IMG/VR virus record: IMGVR_UViG_3300011116_000834
Coordinates: 44,403 to 108,402 of that record
Reading direction: 5' to 3' (one strand)
Length of the DNA stretch: 64,000 bases
Source of the DNA: a virus
Shown here: positions 21,268 through 31,632 of the stretch, one piece after another
Numbering within the stretch: the first letter of the stretch is position 1
Layout of the letters: each line of letters opens with the position of its first letter
The notes under the pieces: generated by a model
What the model saw: the letters and a program-made list of their open reading frames with translations, nothing else
What the model was told of the DNA's origin: nothing
The model's database searches: none
Translations under genes and position numbers: made by a program

Positions 21268-22512
21268 ATGGCTAGACCAAATGTAACTTTTACCCTTATC
21301 GATGAGTCTTTGGTGGTTCCAGTTACCGAAGAATTTTCATCAACTATTGGTGCTGTATATAATCCTACAAATTTTTTAAAGGTTTTAGGTACAACATCAG
21401 AAAAATCAGATGGATATTTTTATGTAAATAATTCGTCAGAATGGTACGCTCGTCTAAACGACTATGTTACCGCTCTTGCTGGTGGTGTAGATGCCATTGC
21501 TGGCATTACTGCATATAGTGTTGGATCGTGTGCAGGAACCTATTTGAATGGTCTGTACAGCGGATCAGGCATTTCTCACGGATTCTCTGGTGAATGGTGG
21601 CCAATTAATAATTTCCTCCAATATGGAGGAGGATGTTATGTTGGATTCGGGTCATCATCGACTCCATCAAGTGGATTTATTAATCTGGGATATGATGTCA
21701 TTTTTCAAGGTGGAGCACCTGGAATCACTGGATATGGTGATGGTAGCGGATATGCTACTCCAGTTGTAACTGTTGTAGAAGCAAGAGCATCGGGAAATGA
21801 ACCAGTCATTGGCATTGTCAATGTTAAATCCATCACTGCTACTCTAGACAATTCTCTCACTGGTGTAACCTTACCCTCTGGAACTAACAGTTACAATTAT
21901 GTAAGAGTATTTGGTGAAAAGATTCATCTTGATACTACAGGAATCTATTCTGTTCAGACTCCACTTGCAGCAGATATTGCAGGATGCATTGTTCGCACCG
22001 ATAGAGATTTTTATCCTTGGTTCTCTCCTGCTGGATCTCGTAGAGGAAGAATTCTCAATGTTCTTCGTCTAAACAGAACCCTCACCAATACTGAACAAGA
22101 TAATCTTTATGCAAATGCTGTCAATCCAGTAGTCACCTTTGCTGGAGATGGAACTCTTCTTTATGGAGATAAGACAGGCGGAACAAGTACCTCAACCTTG
22201 TCTAGAATCAATGTTTCTAGACTTTTCATGTATATCAAAAAGGCACTTGCTCCTGTTGCTCGTTCGATTCTTTTTGAACAAAACGATGCAAATACTCGTT
22301 CAAGATTTAAGATCGCAGCAGAAGGATTCCTTGATCGAATTGTTGGTCAAAGAGGTATAACTGAATACAAGGTAATATGTGATGAAAGTAACAATACTGC
22401 TGAAATAATTGAAGCAAATTACTTTGTTGCTGATATTTTAATTAAACCAATTACATCCATCAATTATGTCAAGATTACATTGACTAACAAAGATTTATCG
22501 GCAACTCTTTGA
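21268..22512 (+). CDS. gp18: tail sheath protein gp18 (short form)
   Basis: PWFSPAG.RRG, LYANAVNPV, GDKT, RINVSRLF, FEQND..TR, VICDESNN, IKP..SINY; only 414 aa. Confidence 0.92.
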   Translation: MARPNVTFTLIDESLVVPVTEEFSSTIGAVYNPTNFLKVLGTTSEKSDGYFYVNNSSEWYARLNDYVTALAGGVDAIAGITAYSVGSCAGTYLNGLYSGSGISHGFSGEWWPINNFLQYGGGCYVGFGSSSTPSSGFINLGYDVIFQGGAPGITGYGDGSGYATPVVTVVEARASGNEPVIGIVNVKSITATLDNSLTGVTLPSGTNSYNYVRVFGEKIHLDTTGIYSVQTPLAADIAGCIVRTDRDFYPWFSPAGSRRGRILNVLRLNRTLTNTEQDNLYANAVNPVVTFAGDGTLLYGDKTGGTSTSTLSRINVSRLFMYIKKALAPVARSILFEQNDANTRSRFKIAAEGFLDRIVGQRGITEYKVICDESNNTAEIIEANYFVADILIKPITSINYVKITLTNKDLSATL

Positions 22513-22535
22513 TAAATAAAGGAAGAGGTTATTAA

Positions 22536-23084
22536 ATGGCAACATTAAACGAATTTAGAAATAATTTTTTTGGAGTAAGACCCAATCGATTCATGGTCGA
22601 AACACGCTGGCCATCGACGGTTACTTCTCCAGATTTAAGTGACCTCAACATTTATGTCAAGGCAGCAGATCTTCCAGGTTCAACAATTGGTACAATTCCA
22701 ATTGCATGGCAAGGAAGAGTAGTTAAGTTTTCTGGTGAACGAGTTTACGCGGATTGGGTCATTTCAGTATATGATTCCAGTATTCCTGCAAAGGATCTTC
22801 GTAATGGATTTGAGCGTTGGATGGAAGCAATGGATGGTAGAGATACCCATGCAATTAATTATAATCTGACCGCCGACTGGGTTGTTAGATATAGTGATGT
22901 CTCTCCAGGCACTTCAACTACCCCAACACCAACTCAAAATCCAAATAATTTCAACAAATCAGTTAAACTTAAAAACTGTTTTCCAGTAGACATTGGCGCA
23001 ATTACTTTAAATTATGATCTTTCGGATTCTTTTACCGAATTTACCGTGCAAATTGCTTACGATTACTGGGAACCATACAACTAA
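22536..23084 (+). CDS. gp19: tail tube protein gp19
   Basis: RPNRFMV...KAADLPGSTIG...GR.VK..G.R.Y.DW...FP..IG.I.L...EFTV..AYDYW. Confidence 0.93.
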   Translation: MATLNEFRNNFFGVRPNRFMVETRWPSTVTSPDLSDLNIYVKAADLPGSTIGTIPIAWQGRVVKFSGERVYADWVISVYDSSIPAKDLRNGFERWMEAMDGRDTHAINYNLTADWVVRYSDVSPGTSTTPTPTQNPNNFNKSVKLKNCFPVDIGAITLNYDLSDSFTEFTVQIAYDYWEPYN

Positions 23085-23099
23085 GGATTGAAATAACAC

Positions 23100-24662
23100 A
23101 TGGCATTTGAACTTTTTGGTTTTTCTTTAGGTAAGAAATCTGAATTTCGTGATTATGGTCTCACGGGCGATACACTAAAAACAGCATCATTCGTAGCACC
23201 AGAAAATTATGATGGAACTCAGGTCATTGAAACGGGAGGCTTTATGTCTTCCGTTTATGACTTTGGCGGTTCTTTCATGGATGAAAATTCCCTAATCAGG
23301 CAATATAGAAGCATGTCTCTTTATCCTGAAGTTGATATGGCAATTGAAGATATTGTCACTCAAGCAATAGTTTATGATACTCAAAATGTTTCCATTAGAC
23401 TAGCATTAGATACTGTCGATTTATCGGATAATATTAAATCTAAACTTCAAAATGAATTTGACAACATATTAAGAATGATGGACTTTTCAAATAAGGGACA
23501 TGATATATTTCGCAGATGGTATGTCGATGGTCGAATATATTTTCAAAATATAATCGATGTTGAACATCCAGAAAAAGGAATATCTGAACTTAGATCAATT
23601 GATCCAATCAAGATTCGAAAAATTAGAAAAGTTCAAAAAGAAGTAAAGAGAATCAATAATACGACTGTACCTGTTGTAAAAAAGGTAGAGGAATATTATG
23701 TCTATAGTGATTATGAAGTCAGTAATGTATCTTCTACAACTAGTGCGGCAGGAGTAAAGATTGCTCCAGATTCAATAACATATTGCCATTCTGGATATGT
23801 TGATCATACCTCAAAAAGGGTTGTAGGACATCTCCATAAGGCAATCAGACCATTGAACATGCTTCGTCAAACCGAAGATGCAATGGTTGTATATCGTATT
23901 GCCCGTGCTCCAGAACGAAGAGTATTCTATATCGATGTTGGAAATCTTCCAAAAAATAAAGCGGAAGAATATATGAAAACCCTGATGAATCGATATAGAA
24001 ATAAATTGACATATGATTCATCCACTGGAGATATAAAAGATCAAAGAAATCATATGTCCATGTTGGAAGATTATTGGCTTCCAAGACGAGAGGGTGGCAA
24101 GGGAACTGAAATTCAGACTCTTCCTGGTGGTCAAAGTCTGGGTGAAATGGAAGATGTTGAATATCTGCTTCGAAAGGTATATCGTGCTCTGAATGTTCCT
24201 TTAACTCGAATGGAAGTTCAGACTGGATTTAATCTCGGTCGAAGCACTGAAATAACCAGAGATGAAGTCAAGTTCTATAAATTCATAGAAAGACTTCAGA
24301 AGAAATTTTCCTATATCTTTATCGATACTTTAAAGAAACAAGCAATTCTTAGAGGTATCTTGACAGAGGAGGATTGGACTAGAATATATCAGGATATCAA
24401 TATTGTATTCAGCAAAGATTCATATTTCAATGAATTGAAGGAAAATGAAATTCTCAGAGAACGAGTAGACATGTTGAATACTCTAGGAAATTATAATGGT
24501 CTATTCTTTTCTACGAATTATATTCGCAAGAATATCCTCAAGCAAAATGATGAAGAAATTGCAAAGATGAATTTGGAAATGGAACAAGACAAGCAAAAAC
24601 AAATTCAACAGCAACTTCAAATGCAGCAATTAGGACTTTTAGATCAAGAAAATCAGCAATAA
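23100..24662 (+). CDS. gp20: portal protein gp20
   Basis: FRRWYVDGR, YRIARAPERRVFYIDVGNLP, EDYWLPRREGGKGTEI, EITRDEVKF. Confidence 0.97.
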   Translation: MAFELFGFSLGKKSEFRDYGLTGDTLKTASFVAPENYDGTQVIETGGFMSSVYDFGGSFMDENSLIRQYRSMSLYPEVDMAIEDIVTQAIVYDTQNVSIRLALDTVDLSDNIKSKLQNEFDNILRMMDFSNKGHDIFRRWYVDGRIYFQNIIDVEHPEKGISELRSIDPIKIRKIRKVQKEVKRINNTTVPVVKKVEEYYVYSDYEVSNVSSTTSAAGVKIAPDSITYCHSGYVDHTSKRVVGHLHKAIRPLNMLRQTEDAMVVYRIARAPERRVFYIDVGNLPKNKAEEYMKTLMNRYRNKLTYDSSTGDIKDQRNHMSMLEDYWLPRREGGKGTEIQTLPGGQSLGEMEDVEYLLRKVYRALNVPLTRMEVQTGFNLGRSTEITRDEVKFYKFIERLQKKFSYIFIDTLKKQAILRGILTEEDWTRIYQDINIVFSKDSYFNELKENEILRERVDMLNTLGNYNGLFFSTNYIRKNILKQNDEEIAKMNLEMEQDKQKQIQQQLQMQQLGLLDQENQQ

Positions 24663-24685
24663 TATATAATAAATAGGAGACCGAT

Positions 24686-25234
24686 ATGTCTAGTTCAAAA
24701 CAAATTGTTAACGCACTTCTCAAAGAAGATCTTATCGAAGCAAAGAAACTCATTAATCATTCTCTTTTGGAGAAACTTGGAAATGCTCTTGAGGATAAAT
24801 TAGTCGAATTTGCTCCAACAATCTTTGAAGGTTCAAAGAAAACAGGACCAAATAACAAGGGTCATCTTGTTACCAACCAATCATCTGCTGGTGGTTCCAA
24901 GGCAAAAACCAAAAAACCAAATAAAATGAAGACCGAAAGTGTCATCGACAATGATGATCTGGAAGAATTAGTTGAAGATTTCGAAAATGAAATCATGACT
25001 ATTATTTCTGATATTCAAGAAGAACTAGGAGAGAATCTCACCGAAGAGGAAATCATGGAGATCTCAGAAGAATATCTTGATGTTCTTCTTGGAGAATCTA
25101 AATCCAAAAAGCATAAACCAGATGCAGATGGTGATGGTGTTCCAGACTGGGCAGATAAACACCCAGGAGAAGATGATGAGGAAGAGGAAAAAGAATCTCC
25201 AAGTAAAGAGAAAAAAGAACATCGTAGAAAATAA
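24686..25234 (+). CDS. acidic prohead-core-like protein (gp67/gp68 position)
   Basis: Lies between gp20 and gp21; highly charged; contains DADGDGVPD. Confidence 0.5.
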   Translation: MSSSKQIVNALLKEDLIEAKKLINHSLLEKLGNALEDKLVEFAPTIFEGSKKTGPNNKGHLVTNQSSAGGSKAKTKKPNKMKTESVIDNDDLEELVEDFENEIMTIISDIQEELGENLTEEEIMEISEEYLDVLLGESKSKKHKPDADGDGVPDWADKHPGEDDEEEEKESPSKEKKEHRRK

Positions 25235-25254
25235 ACAATAAAATAGAGAATCCC

Positions 25255-25899
25255 ATGAAATTAATCACAGAAACAACAGAAGATATTAAACCCATAATCG
25301 AATCAGCAGAAGGTGGGGCAAAAACCTATTATCTCACTGGTGTGATGATGGAATCGAATGTGGTGAATCGCAATCAGCGCATGTATACTGAAAGTGTTCT
25401 TAAGAAGGAGACTACCAGATACATTAAAGAATATGTTAATAAAAATAGAGCACTTGGAGAACTAAACCATCCAGATGGTCCAACTGTGAATCTTGACAGA
25501 GTTTCACATATGGTTAGTAATCTAAAAGAATCTGGAAATCAAATCATCGGTAAGATGAAAATTCTTGATACCCCAATGGGTAAGATTGTAAAATCATTGA
25601 TCGATGAAGGAGCACAACTTGGTGTTTCTTCCCGTGGAATGGGTTCCCTTAAGAAAATTAATGGAGTCAACCATGTTCAGGAAGATTTTACTCTTTCTGC
25701 AATCGACATTGTTGCAGATCCATCTGCTCCCAATGCCTTTGTAAATGGCATTCTTGAAGGTAAGGAATGGATTTGGGACAATGGACTTCTTGTCGAACAA
25801 GAGATTTCTGCCTATGAAAGGCAATTAAAAAATACTCCAGTTCGTAAATTAGAAGAAAATGCAATTAAATTATTTTCAGACTTTTTAAGAAAATTATGA
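25255..25899 (+). CDS. gp21: prohead protease gp21
   Basis: MKLITE, NRNQRMY, ALGELNHP, GVSSRGMGSL, DIVADPSAPNAFV. Confidence 0.96.
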   Translation: MKLITETTEDIKPIIESAEGGAKTYYLTGVMMESNVVNRNQRMYTESVLKKETTRYIKEYVNKNRALGELNHPDGPTVNLDRVSHMVSNLKESGNQIIGKMKILDTPMGKIVKSLIDEGAQLGVSSRGMGSLKKINGVNHVQEDFTLSAIDIVADPSAPNAFVNGILEGKEWIWDNGLLVEQEISAYERQLKNTPVRKLEENAIKLFSDFLRKL

Positions 25900-26432
25900 A
25901 TAATAATCAGTCCAAGATTTTATCAGAAAAAGCAGAGTTTACTCTGCGATATGCTATTCCTTATATAGCTCAAAATATACATGAAGCAAATAAAATTAAG
26001 AATGCGGTAGCAAAAACCAGTTTATTTGCCAGAGAAATGGGAAATCGGGCATTAGAAGCTGCTCATGATTTAAATATTGCAGCAAAGACTGAAAGTGCCG
26101 CAGAAGTGGCAAGAATTAGAGATACCTTATTGACTGCTCATTATTCCCATGCGTTAGGTATGAAGGCATCTCATATTAATAATATTTTAAATCATCTTCC
26201 ACCTAATGATCCTCAAAGACAAGCATTAGAAGCACAAATTCATACAATTGGAAGAACAAATCCATCTATTGGATCCCTTCAGCGAGCAGCAGATACAACT
26301 CATAAAAACTTAACAGGATCTATGGTACAGTCCTTTCAAACTTTGGTAGGTCCAAATTCACCTGCTAGAAGAGCAGATATTTTACGATATGCTCGAAAAA
26401 ATTACCCTAATATCAATAAGGTCATTCCGTAA
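25896..26432 (+). CDS. hypothetical protein between gp21 and gp22
   Basis: 178-aa ORF with ATGA overlap to gp21; Ala/His-rich; no motif recognised. Confidence 0.55.
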   Translation: MNNNQSKILSEKAEFTLRYAIPYIAQNIHEANKIKNAVAKTSLFAREMGNRALEAAHDLNIAAKTESAAEVARIRDTLLTAHYSHALGMKASHINNILNHLPPNDPQRQALEAQIHTIGRTNPSIGSLQRAADTTHKNLTGSMVQSFQTLVGPNSPARRADILRYARKNYPNINKVIP

Positions 26433-26482
26433 GTCTAAATATAAAATATTCTAAATAGTTTTTAGAAAAAGTGGAGAAAAAC

Positions 26483-27517
26483 ATGCCAGAATCAAATCCT
26501 TATACAGAATACTCATCGACCGATCTTTATAATGACGGAACTGGAAAAGGCGCAGTAATTGCTCCTCCAATTTCAGATCCAAACACTGCCCTAACTAATC
26601 AAACGACCCGTGATGCGAGCCCATCTAATGCTGTTGCTAGCAAGGGAAAAAAGAAAAAAGCAGAACCAGCACAAGAAAGCATTGATTATCTTGCAAGTCT
26701 TTTTGACGGTGAGGATCTCAGCGAGGACTTCAAGTTTAAAGCAAAAACTATCTTTGAAGCAGCAATTGCCGAGAAGGTTGAACTTATTGAAGCACATATT
26801 CTTCAAGCAGCAAAAGAACTAATTGAGGAACAAGTGACCACTAATGGTGAACACATTGTCGAACAAGTTGATACTTATCTTGATTATGTCATCACTGAAT
26901 GGATGCAGGACAATAAAGTTGCTGTTGAACGAGGTCTTCGTACCGAAATTGCAGAAAACTTCATCGGTGGTCTGAAGAATCTTTTTGAATCTTCATTCAT
27001 TGATGTTCCTGAGGAAAAATATGATGTTCTTGATGACATCTTTGAAGCAAATGAAGAACTTCAAGAGAATGTAAATACTCTCATCAAGCAAAATATTGAA
27101 CTTAAGAATGAGATCAAGGCACATCTTTGTGCTGAAGCATTCATGGAACAAACCAATGGTCTTGCAGCTACTCAAGTTGAGAAACTTGCCAAGTTGTCAG
27201 AAGGTCTAGAATTTGATTCAGTTGAACAATATGCTCATAAAGTTGCTCTTCTAAGAGAATCTTATTTCAACAGATCAGTTGTTTCTCCAAACACACAATC
27301 ACAGTATAATAATACTCAAGTTTCACTAACTGAAGATCAATCTTCCTCATTCGTTGGTTCCGCTGAAAGCGTTGATCCAATGATGGAAAGCATTGTAAAT
27401 ACAATTAGTTTAATGAATAAGAATAACCCAAAAGTTGAAAAAGTTCATTCAACTCCAGCAGCGTCTCGTCTAGCAAGCGTAATTAATCCAGGTATAGTTC
27501 AGGACAACTTTATCTGA
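26483..27517 (+). CDS. gp22: prohead scaffold protein gp22
   Basis: LSEDFKFKAKTIFEAA, VDTYLDYV..EW, F..GLK.LF, DVPEEK.DV; ATG at 26483 follows GGAG. Confidence 0.93.
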   Translation: MPESNPYTEYSSTDLYNDGTGKGAVIAPPISDPNTALTNQTTRDASPSNAVASKGKKKKAEPAQESIDYLASLFDGEDLSEDFKFKAKTIFEAAIAEKVELIEAHILQAAKELIEEQVTTNGEHIVEQVDTYLDYVITEWMQDNKVAVERGLRTEIAENFIGGLKNLFESSFIDVPEEKYDVLDDIFEANEELQENVNTLIKQNIELKNEIKAHLCAEAFMEQTNGLAATQVEKLAKLSEGLEFDSVEQYAHKVALLRESYFNRSVVSPNTQSQYNNTQVSLTEDQSSSFVGSAESVDPMMESIVNTISLMNKNNPKVEKVHSTPAASRLASVINPGIVQDNFI

Positions 27518-27530
27518 AAATTTTAAAATA

Positions 27531-27537
27531 CTAAATA
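27531..27537 (+). promoter_or_regulatory. late promoter variant (CTAAATA) upstream of gp23
   Basis: Intergenic, before AAGGAG. The same variant occurs at 26435 and 26451 before gp22. Confidence 0.55.
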
Positions 27538-27565
27538 TAACAGAATCTTAAGGAGAGAAAAATAA

Positions 27566-29050
27566 ATGTCACTCGATTTTAATCAAAGTTCGCCATATGA
27601 TACCCTCGTAGAAAAGTGGTCACCTGTTCTTAATCACGGTGATCTTCCCAATATCCAAGACCTTCACAAGAAGCGTGTAACCGCAGTTCTTCTTGAGAAT
27701 CAAGTCAATGCAATGAGAGAAGAAAGATCCGCAGGAAACCTTTTTGAGAACTCAATGGGTCCTGTAGGTATGGGTGGAAACTTCATCGCTGGTCAAGTCG
27801 GCAATGCAGGTAACTTCGCAGGTTACGATCCCGTTCTGATCTCACTCGTTCGTCGCGCAATGCCCAATGTCGTTGCATACGACATTGCAGGCGTTCAACC
27901 AATGAGTGCTCCAACTGGTCTTATCTTTGCAATGCGCGCTCGTTATGGCGCAGATAACAGCGGATATACCCTCGGAACCGAAGCACTCTTCGATGAACCA
28001 TGGGCTAAGTTATCTGGTGTTTGCGGTGCTTCTGGTCCTGGTGCTGAAAATTACACAGCAATTCTAAACGGTTCAACTCTTGGCGTATTCAGTGCCAAGG
28101 GTCTAGGTGATTTTGCTGCTGGTGCAACCTACCTGTCTCGTCCCGATACCTTCACTGCATTCCGTGGAATGTTGACTTCAACTGCCGAATCTCTCGGTAA
28201 GACTCCAGCAAATGCTGACTTCCGTGAAATGGCATTCAGCATTGAGCGTGTCGCAGTTCAAGCTCGTTCACGCGCTCTCAAGGCAGAATACACCACCGAA
28301 CTTGCACAAGACCTTCGTGCAGTTCACGGTCTTGACGCAGAGGCAGAACTTGCCAACATTCTCTCAGTTGAAATCATGAACGAAATCAACCGCGAGATTC
28401 TCCGCGCCATGTATTATGTCGCTAAGACTGGTTGCCGTCAAAACGATCTTAGCAGCTACGGTACTGACATCAGCCAGGGTGGTGTTTACGACCTCATCCT
28501 CGACTCCGATGGTCGTTGGTCAGCAGAACGCTTCCGTGGACTCATGTTCCAAATTGAGCGCGAAGCAAATCAAATTGCCAAGGAAACACGCCGTGGTAAG
28601 GGTAACTTCATCGTATGCAGCGCAGATGTCGCTTCTGCACTTGCAATGGGTGGATTCCTCAATCTCTCTCCAGCACTCAATGTCGATCTCCAAGTAGATG
28701 ATACTGGTAACATCTTTGCTGGTGTTCTCAACAACAAGTTCAAGGTTTACATCGATCCCTTCGTTGCAAACAATGTCAACTTCGTTACCGTTGGTTACAA
28801 GGGAACCTCACCATACGATGCTGGTTTCTTCTACTGCCCATATGTTCCTCTACAAATGGTCCGCGCAGTTGGTCAAGACACCTTCCAACCCAAGATCGGT
28901 TTCAAGACTCGTTACGGTCTCGTTGCCAATCCATTCGCAGGTGGTCGCGATAGCACCTTCAGCCAATCAAATGATGATGGTTTGACTTCTAACAGCAATG
29001 CATACTACCGTCTCTTCGCAGTCAAGAATCTCCACGGTAACACCGTCTGA
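27566..29050 (+). CDS. gp23: major capsid protein gp23
   Basis: LVEKWSPVL, DPVLISLVRR, GVQPM..PTGLIFAMR, SRALKAEYT.ELAQDL, FYCPYVPLQM, FQPKIGFKTRYG. Confidence 0.98.
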   Translation: MSLDFNQSSPYDTLVEKWSPVLNHGDLPNIQDLHKKRVTAVLLENQVNAMREERSAGNLFENSMGPVGMGGNFIAGQVGNAGNFAGYDPVLISLVRRAMPNVVAYDIAGVQPMSAPTGLIFAMRARYGADNSGYTLGTEALFDEPWAKLSGVCGASGPGAENYTAILNGSTLGVFSAKGLGDFAAGATYLSRPDTFTAFRGMLTSTAESLGKTPANADFREMAFSIERVAVQARSRALKAEYTTELAQDLRAVHGLDAEAELANILSVEIMNEINREILRAMYYVAKTGCRQNDLSSYGTDISQGGVYDLILDSDGRWSAERFRGLMFQIEREANQIAKETRRGKGNFIVCSADVASALAMGGFLNLSPALNVDLQVDDTGNIFAGVLNNKFKVYIDPFVANNVNFVTVGYKGTSPYDAGFFYCPYVPLQMVRAVGQDTFQPKIGFKTRYGLVANPFAGGRDSTFSQSNDDGLTSNSNAYYRLFAVKNLHGNTV

Positions 29051-29071
29051 TAGATTCGGACAATACTAACC

Positions 29072-29107
29072 GAGAACCCAGGATCGAAAGGTCCTGGGTT
29101 TTCTTTT
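29072..29107 (+). terminator. Rho-independent terminator after gp23
   Basis: AACCCAGGATC-GAAA-GGTCCTGGGTT hairpin followed by TTCTTTT. Confidence 0.85.
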
Positions 29108-29114
29108 ATAAATA
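29107..29114 (+). promoter_or_regulatory. T4-type late promoter (TATAAATA)
   Basis: Exact consensus directly after the terminator, 5 nt before the gp3 ATG. Confidence 0.7.
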
Positions 29115-29119
29115 CTGAT

Positions 29120-29710
29120 ATGCCTAACAATAGTCAACAGATAATAATTGACAATAGTTCATCGAATATTCTTCGTGATCTTCCAGGAGATTTCTTATTT
29201 GAGAACAATTTTCAACCAGATACGAATAATAATCTAACAAACAATAAATTTAGATTTACATTGACTCGTTGTCCAACAATGACTTATTTCTGTCAGAGGG
29301 CAAATATTCCATCCTTAAGTTTTGGAACTTCAATTCAATCAAATCCAACTGGAGTAAGCATGAGAAGACCTGGAACTTCCTATGTCTATGAAGACCTTCA
29401 GGTTGGATTTGCTGTGGATGAAGAGATGAAGAATTGGTTGGAACTTCACAATTGGATACGAGATCTTGGAGTCTCATATCAAAGCGCATCGGAAGTTCTT
29501 CGAGAATCTCAAAAGATATGCAGTGCCTTTCTTATGGTATTGAATAGTGCATATCGTCCAATTCTTTGCGTAAAATATAAAAATGTCTATCCAACATTTG
29601 TTAGTGGAATAGACTTTGATTCTTCGTTGACTGATACAAATGCAGTGATTGCAACTGCAACATTTGCATATACTCATTATGAGATAGAAAGATTTGCAAA
29701 TAATCCATAA
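29120..29710 (+). CDS. gp3: tail completion protein gp3
   Basis: N.L..NKFRF...YFCQRANIP...L.V.F.VDEEMKNW.E..NW...A.ATF.Y; position after gp23. Confidence 0.85.
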   Translation: MPNNSQQIIIDNSSSNILRDLPGDFLFENNFQPDTNNNLTNNKFRFTLTRCPTMTYFCQRANIPSLSFGTSIQSNPTGVSMRRPGTSYVYEDLQVGFAVDEEMKNWLELHNWIRDLGVSYQSASEVLRESQKICSAFLMVLNSAYRPILCVKYKNVYPTFVSGIDFDSSLTDTNAVIATATFAYTHYEIERFANNP

Positions 29711-29728
29711 TAAGGTATACTCTTTATC

Positions 29729-30163
29729 ATGAATATTGATCAAATTAAAGCACAAGCAGAAGTAGATACGGTAATCGATAACAATCATCTTGATGATGAA
29801 GCATCTCGCATTCCACAACTCCACAACAAGTATCTGTGTATTCTCATGGATGAGAAACTGATACTGGAAAATTTGGAATCAAAATTAAGAATTCTTCGTC
29901 GCGATAAATGGTTATATTATTCGGGCAAGATGTCTGAAGATGAACTCAAGAAGAAGAACTGGGAACCATTTGAACTTTCAATTCTCAAGCAAGATCTTGA
30001 TCGGTTCATTGAAAGCGATATTGATGTGATCACAGCGTCGAACAAAGTATTTCTTCAAAAAGAAAAAGTAACTTATATCGAAAATGTTGCAAAAATCATA
30101 TCAAATAAGATCTGGAGTATCAGATCATCGATTGATTGGGTCAAGTTTACCCAAGGATTATGA
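29729..30163 (+). CDS. uvsY: recombination mediator UvsY
   Basis: IPQLHNKY...KWLYYSGK...PF...LK.D...I.W.KF; synteny. Confidence 0.88.
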   Translation: MNIDQIKAQAEVDTVIDNNHLDDEASRIPQLHNKYLCILMDEKLILENLESKLRILRRDKWLYYSGKMSEDELKKKNWEPFELSILKQDLDRFIESDIDVITASNKVFLQKEKVTYIENVAKIISNKIWSIRSSIDWVKFTQGL

Positions 30164-31632
30164 TAAAAATCAAACCAGTTGACTCGGTATACATTGAGTT
30201 GGAATGCGAAAAGGGCATTGCAAAGGAACTCTCATCGTTCTTCACATTCAATGTTCCAAACTCCCAATATAATCCTGCGTTTAGAAAAAAAAGATGGGAT
30301 GGAAAGATTCGTCTATTCAACATCCTTACTCATAAACTATATGCTGGACTGGTGGATTATGTCCTACTATTTGCATCAGAACGAGGATATAAGATCGAAT
30401 ATGAATCATCCTTAAAAAAGGATCTTACACCATTTACAATACCTACCGTATATTCTGGTGGAAAGAAAATAGAACCACATGATTATCAATTGGACGCAGT
30501 GAAGCATGCTCTTGAGAATAGAAGAACTTTGCTGATATCTCCAACTGGTAGTGGTAAAAGTCTGATCATTTATCTGATCATGTTGGAATTGCTTAAAAGA
30601 ACAAATAAAAAAATATTAATAGTTGTTCCCACCACAGGACTTGTCACTCAATTAAATTCAGATTTTCAAGACTATGCAAATGCAAAAAGCATATCAAAAC
30701 ATATTCATATGATCTATAGTGGCAAGGAAAAAAACACTGATTGTCGCGTAGTAATATCAACATGGCAAAGTCTTCATACTCAATCAGAGGACTTTTTTAG
30801 TCAATTTGATGCCATTATCGGAGATGAATCTCATTTATTTAAGGCAAAATCATTGACACGAATCATGACCAAACTAAAAAAATGCGACTATAGAATTGGA
30901 ACAACAGGAACACTGGATGGAACCGAGGTGCATAAATTGGTACTTGAAGGACTATTTGGAACTGTCCATAGGGTGACATCCACTAAAGACCTCATAGACC
31001 GTGAAGTTCTTGCTCAACTAAATATTGAATGTCTGGTACTTAAATATCCAGATATCTCTGTGCAGGAAATTAAGCGTGCAAAGTACGCAGATGAAATCGA
31101 ATGGTTGGTTTTAAATGAAAAACGAAATCAATTTATTTCAAATCTTGCAAATAGTCTTCATGGGAATGTGCTTGTTCTTTTTAATTTTGTTGACAAGCAT
31201 GGAATACCTCTCCATAAGAAGATTTCAGAAGGAAGTAAGAAACAGTCGTATCTTATCTGTGGTAAAACGGAAATCGAACAAAGAGAACAAATAAGAAAAA
31301 TTGTTGATGGCAATGATAATAGCGTTCTTGTTGCTTCATTTGGAACATGCAGCACAGGCATAAACATCAAAAACATCAATTCGATAATCTTTGCTTCTCC
31401 TTCCAAATCGGTCATTCGTGTGCTACAATCCATAGGTAGAGGTCTGCGTAAGTCGGATACCAAGGATAAGGTCACCGTATATGATATCGGGGATGACCTG
31501 AGCGTTGGTAAGTATAGAAACCATGCCTTGAGGCATCTGGATGAACGCATTACCATATATACTAATGAAGAGTTTTCATATAGGACGATTAAAATCAAAC
31601 TAGGAGATTCGAATGAACTTAAAGATTCTTAA
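30160..31632 (+). CDS. uvsW: SF2 DNA helicase UvsW
   Basis: WDGKIRL, SPTGSGKS, GDESH, GTTGT, QSIGRGLR; ATGA overlap start at 30160. Confidence 0.95.
   Translation: MIKIKPVDSVYIELECEKGIAKELSSFFTFNVPNSQYNPAFRKKRWDGKIRLFNILTHKLYAGLVDYVLLFASERGYKIEYESSLKKDLTPFTIPTVYSGGKKIEPHDYQLDAVKHALENRRTLLISPTGSGKSLIIYLIMLELLKRTNKKILIVVPTTGLVTQLNSDFQDYANAKSISKHIHMIYSGKEKNTDCRVVISTWQSLHTQSEDFFSQFDAIIGDESHLFKAKSLTRIMTKLKKCDYRIGTTGTLDGTEVHKLVLEGLFGTVHRVTSTKDLIDREVLAQLNIECLVLKYPDISVQEIKRAKYADEIEWLVLNEKRNQFISNLANSLHGNVLVLFNFVDKHGIPLHKKISEGSKKQSYLICGKTEIEQREQIRKIVDGNDNSVLVASFGTCSTGINIKNINSIIFASPSKSVIRVLQSIGRGLRKSDTKDKVTVYDIGDDLSVGKYRNHALRHLDERITIYTNEEFSYRTIKIKLGDSNELKDS

Noticed and set aside
27566-29050. Higher GC of gp23 as a sign of horizontal transfer
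   Set aside because: Better explained by high-expression codon bias; synteny is intact.
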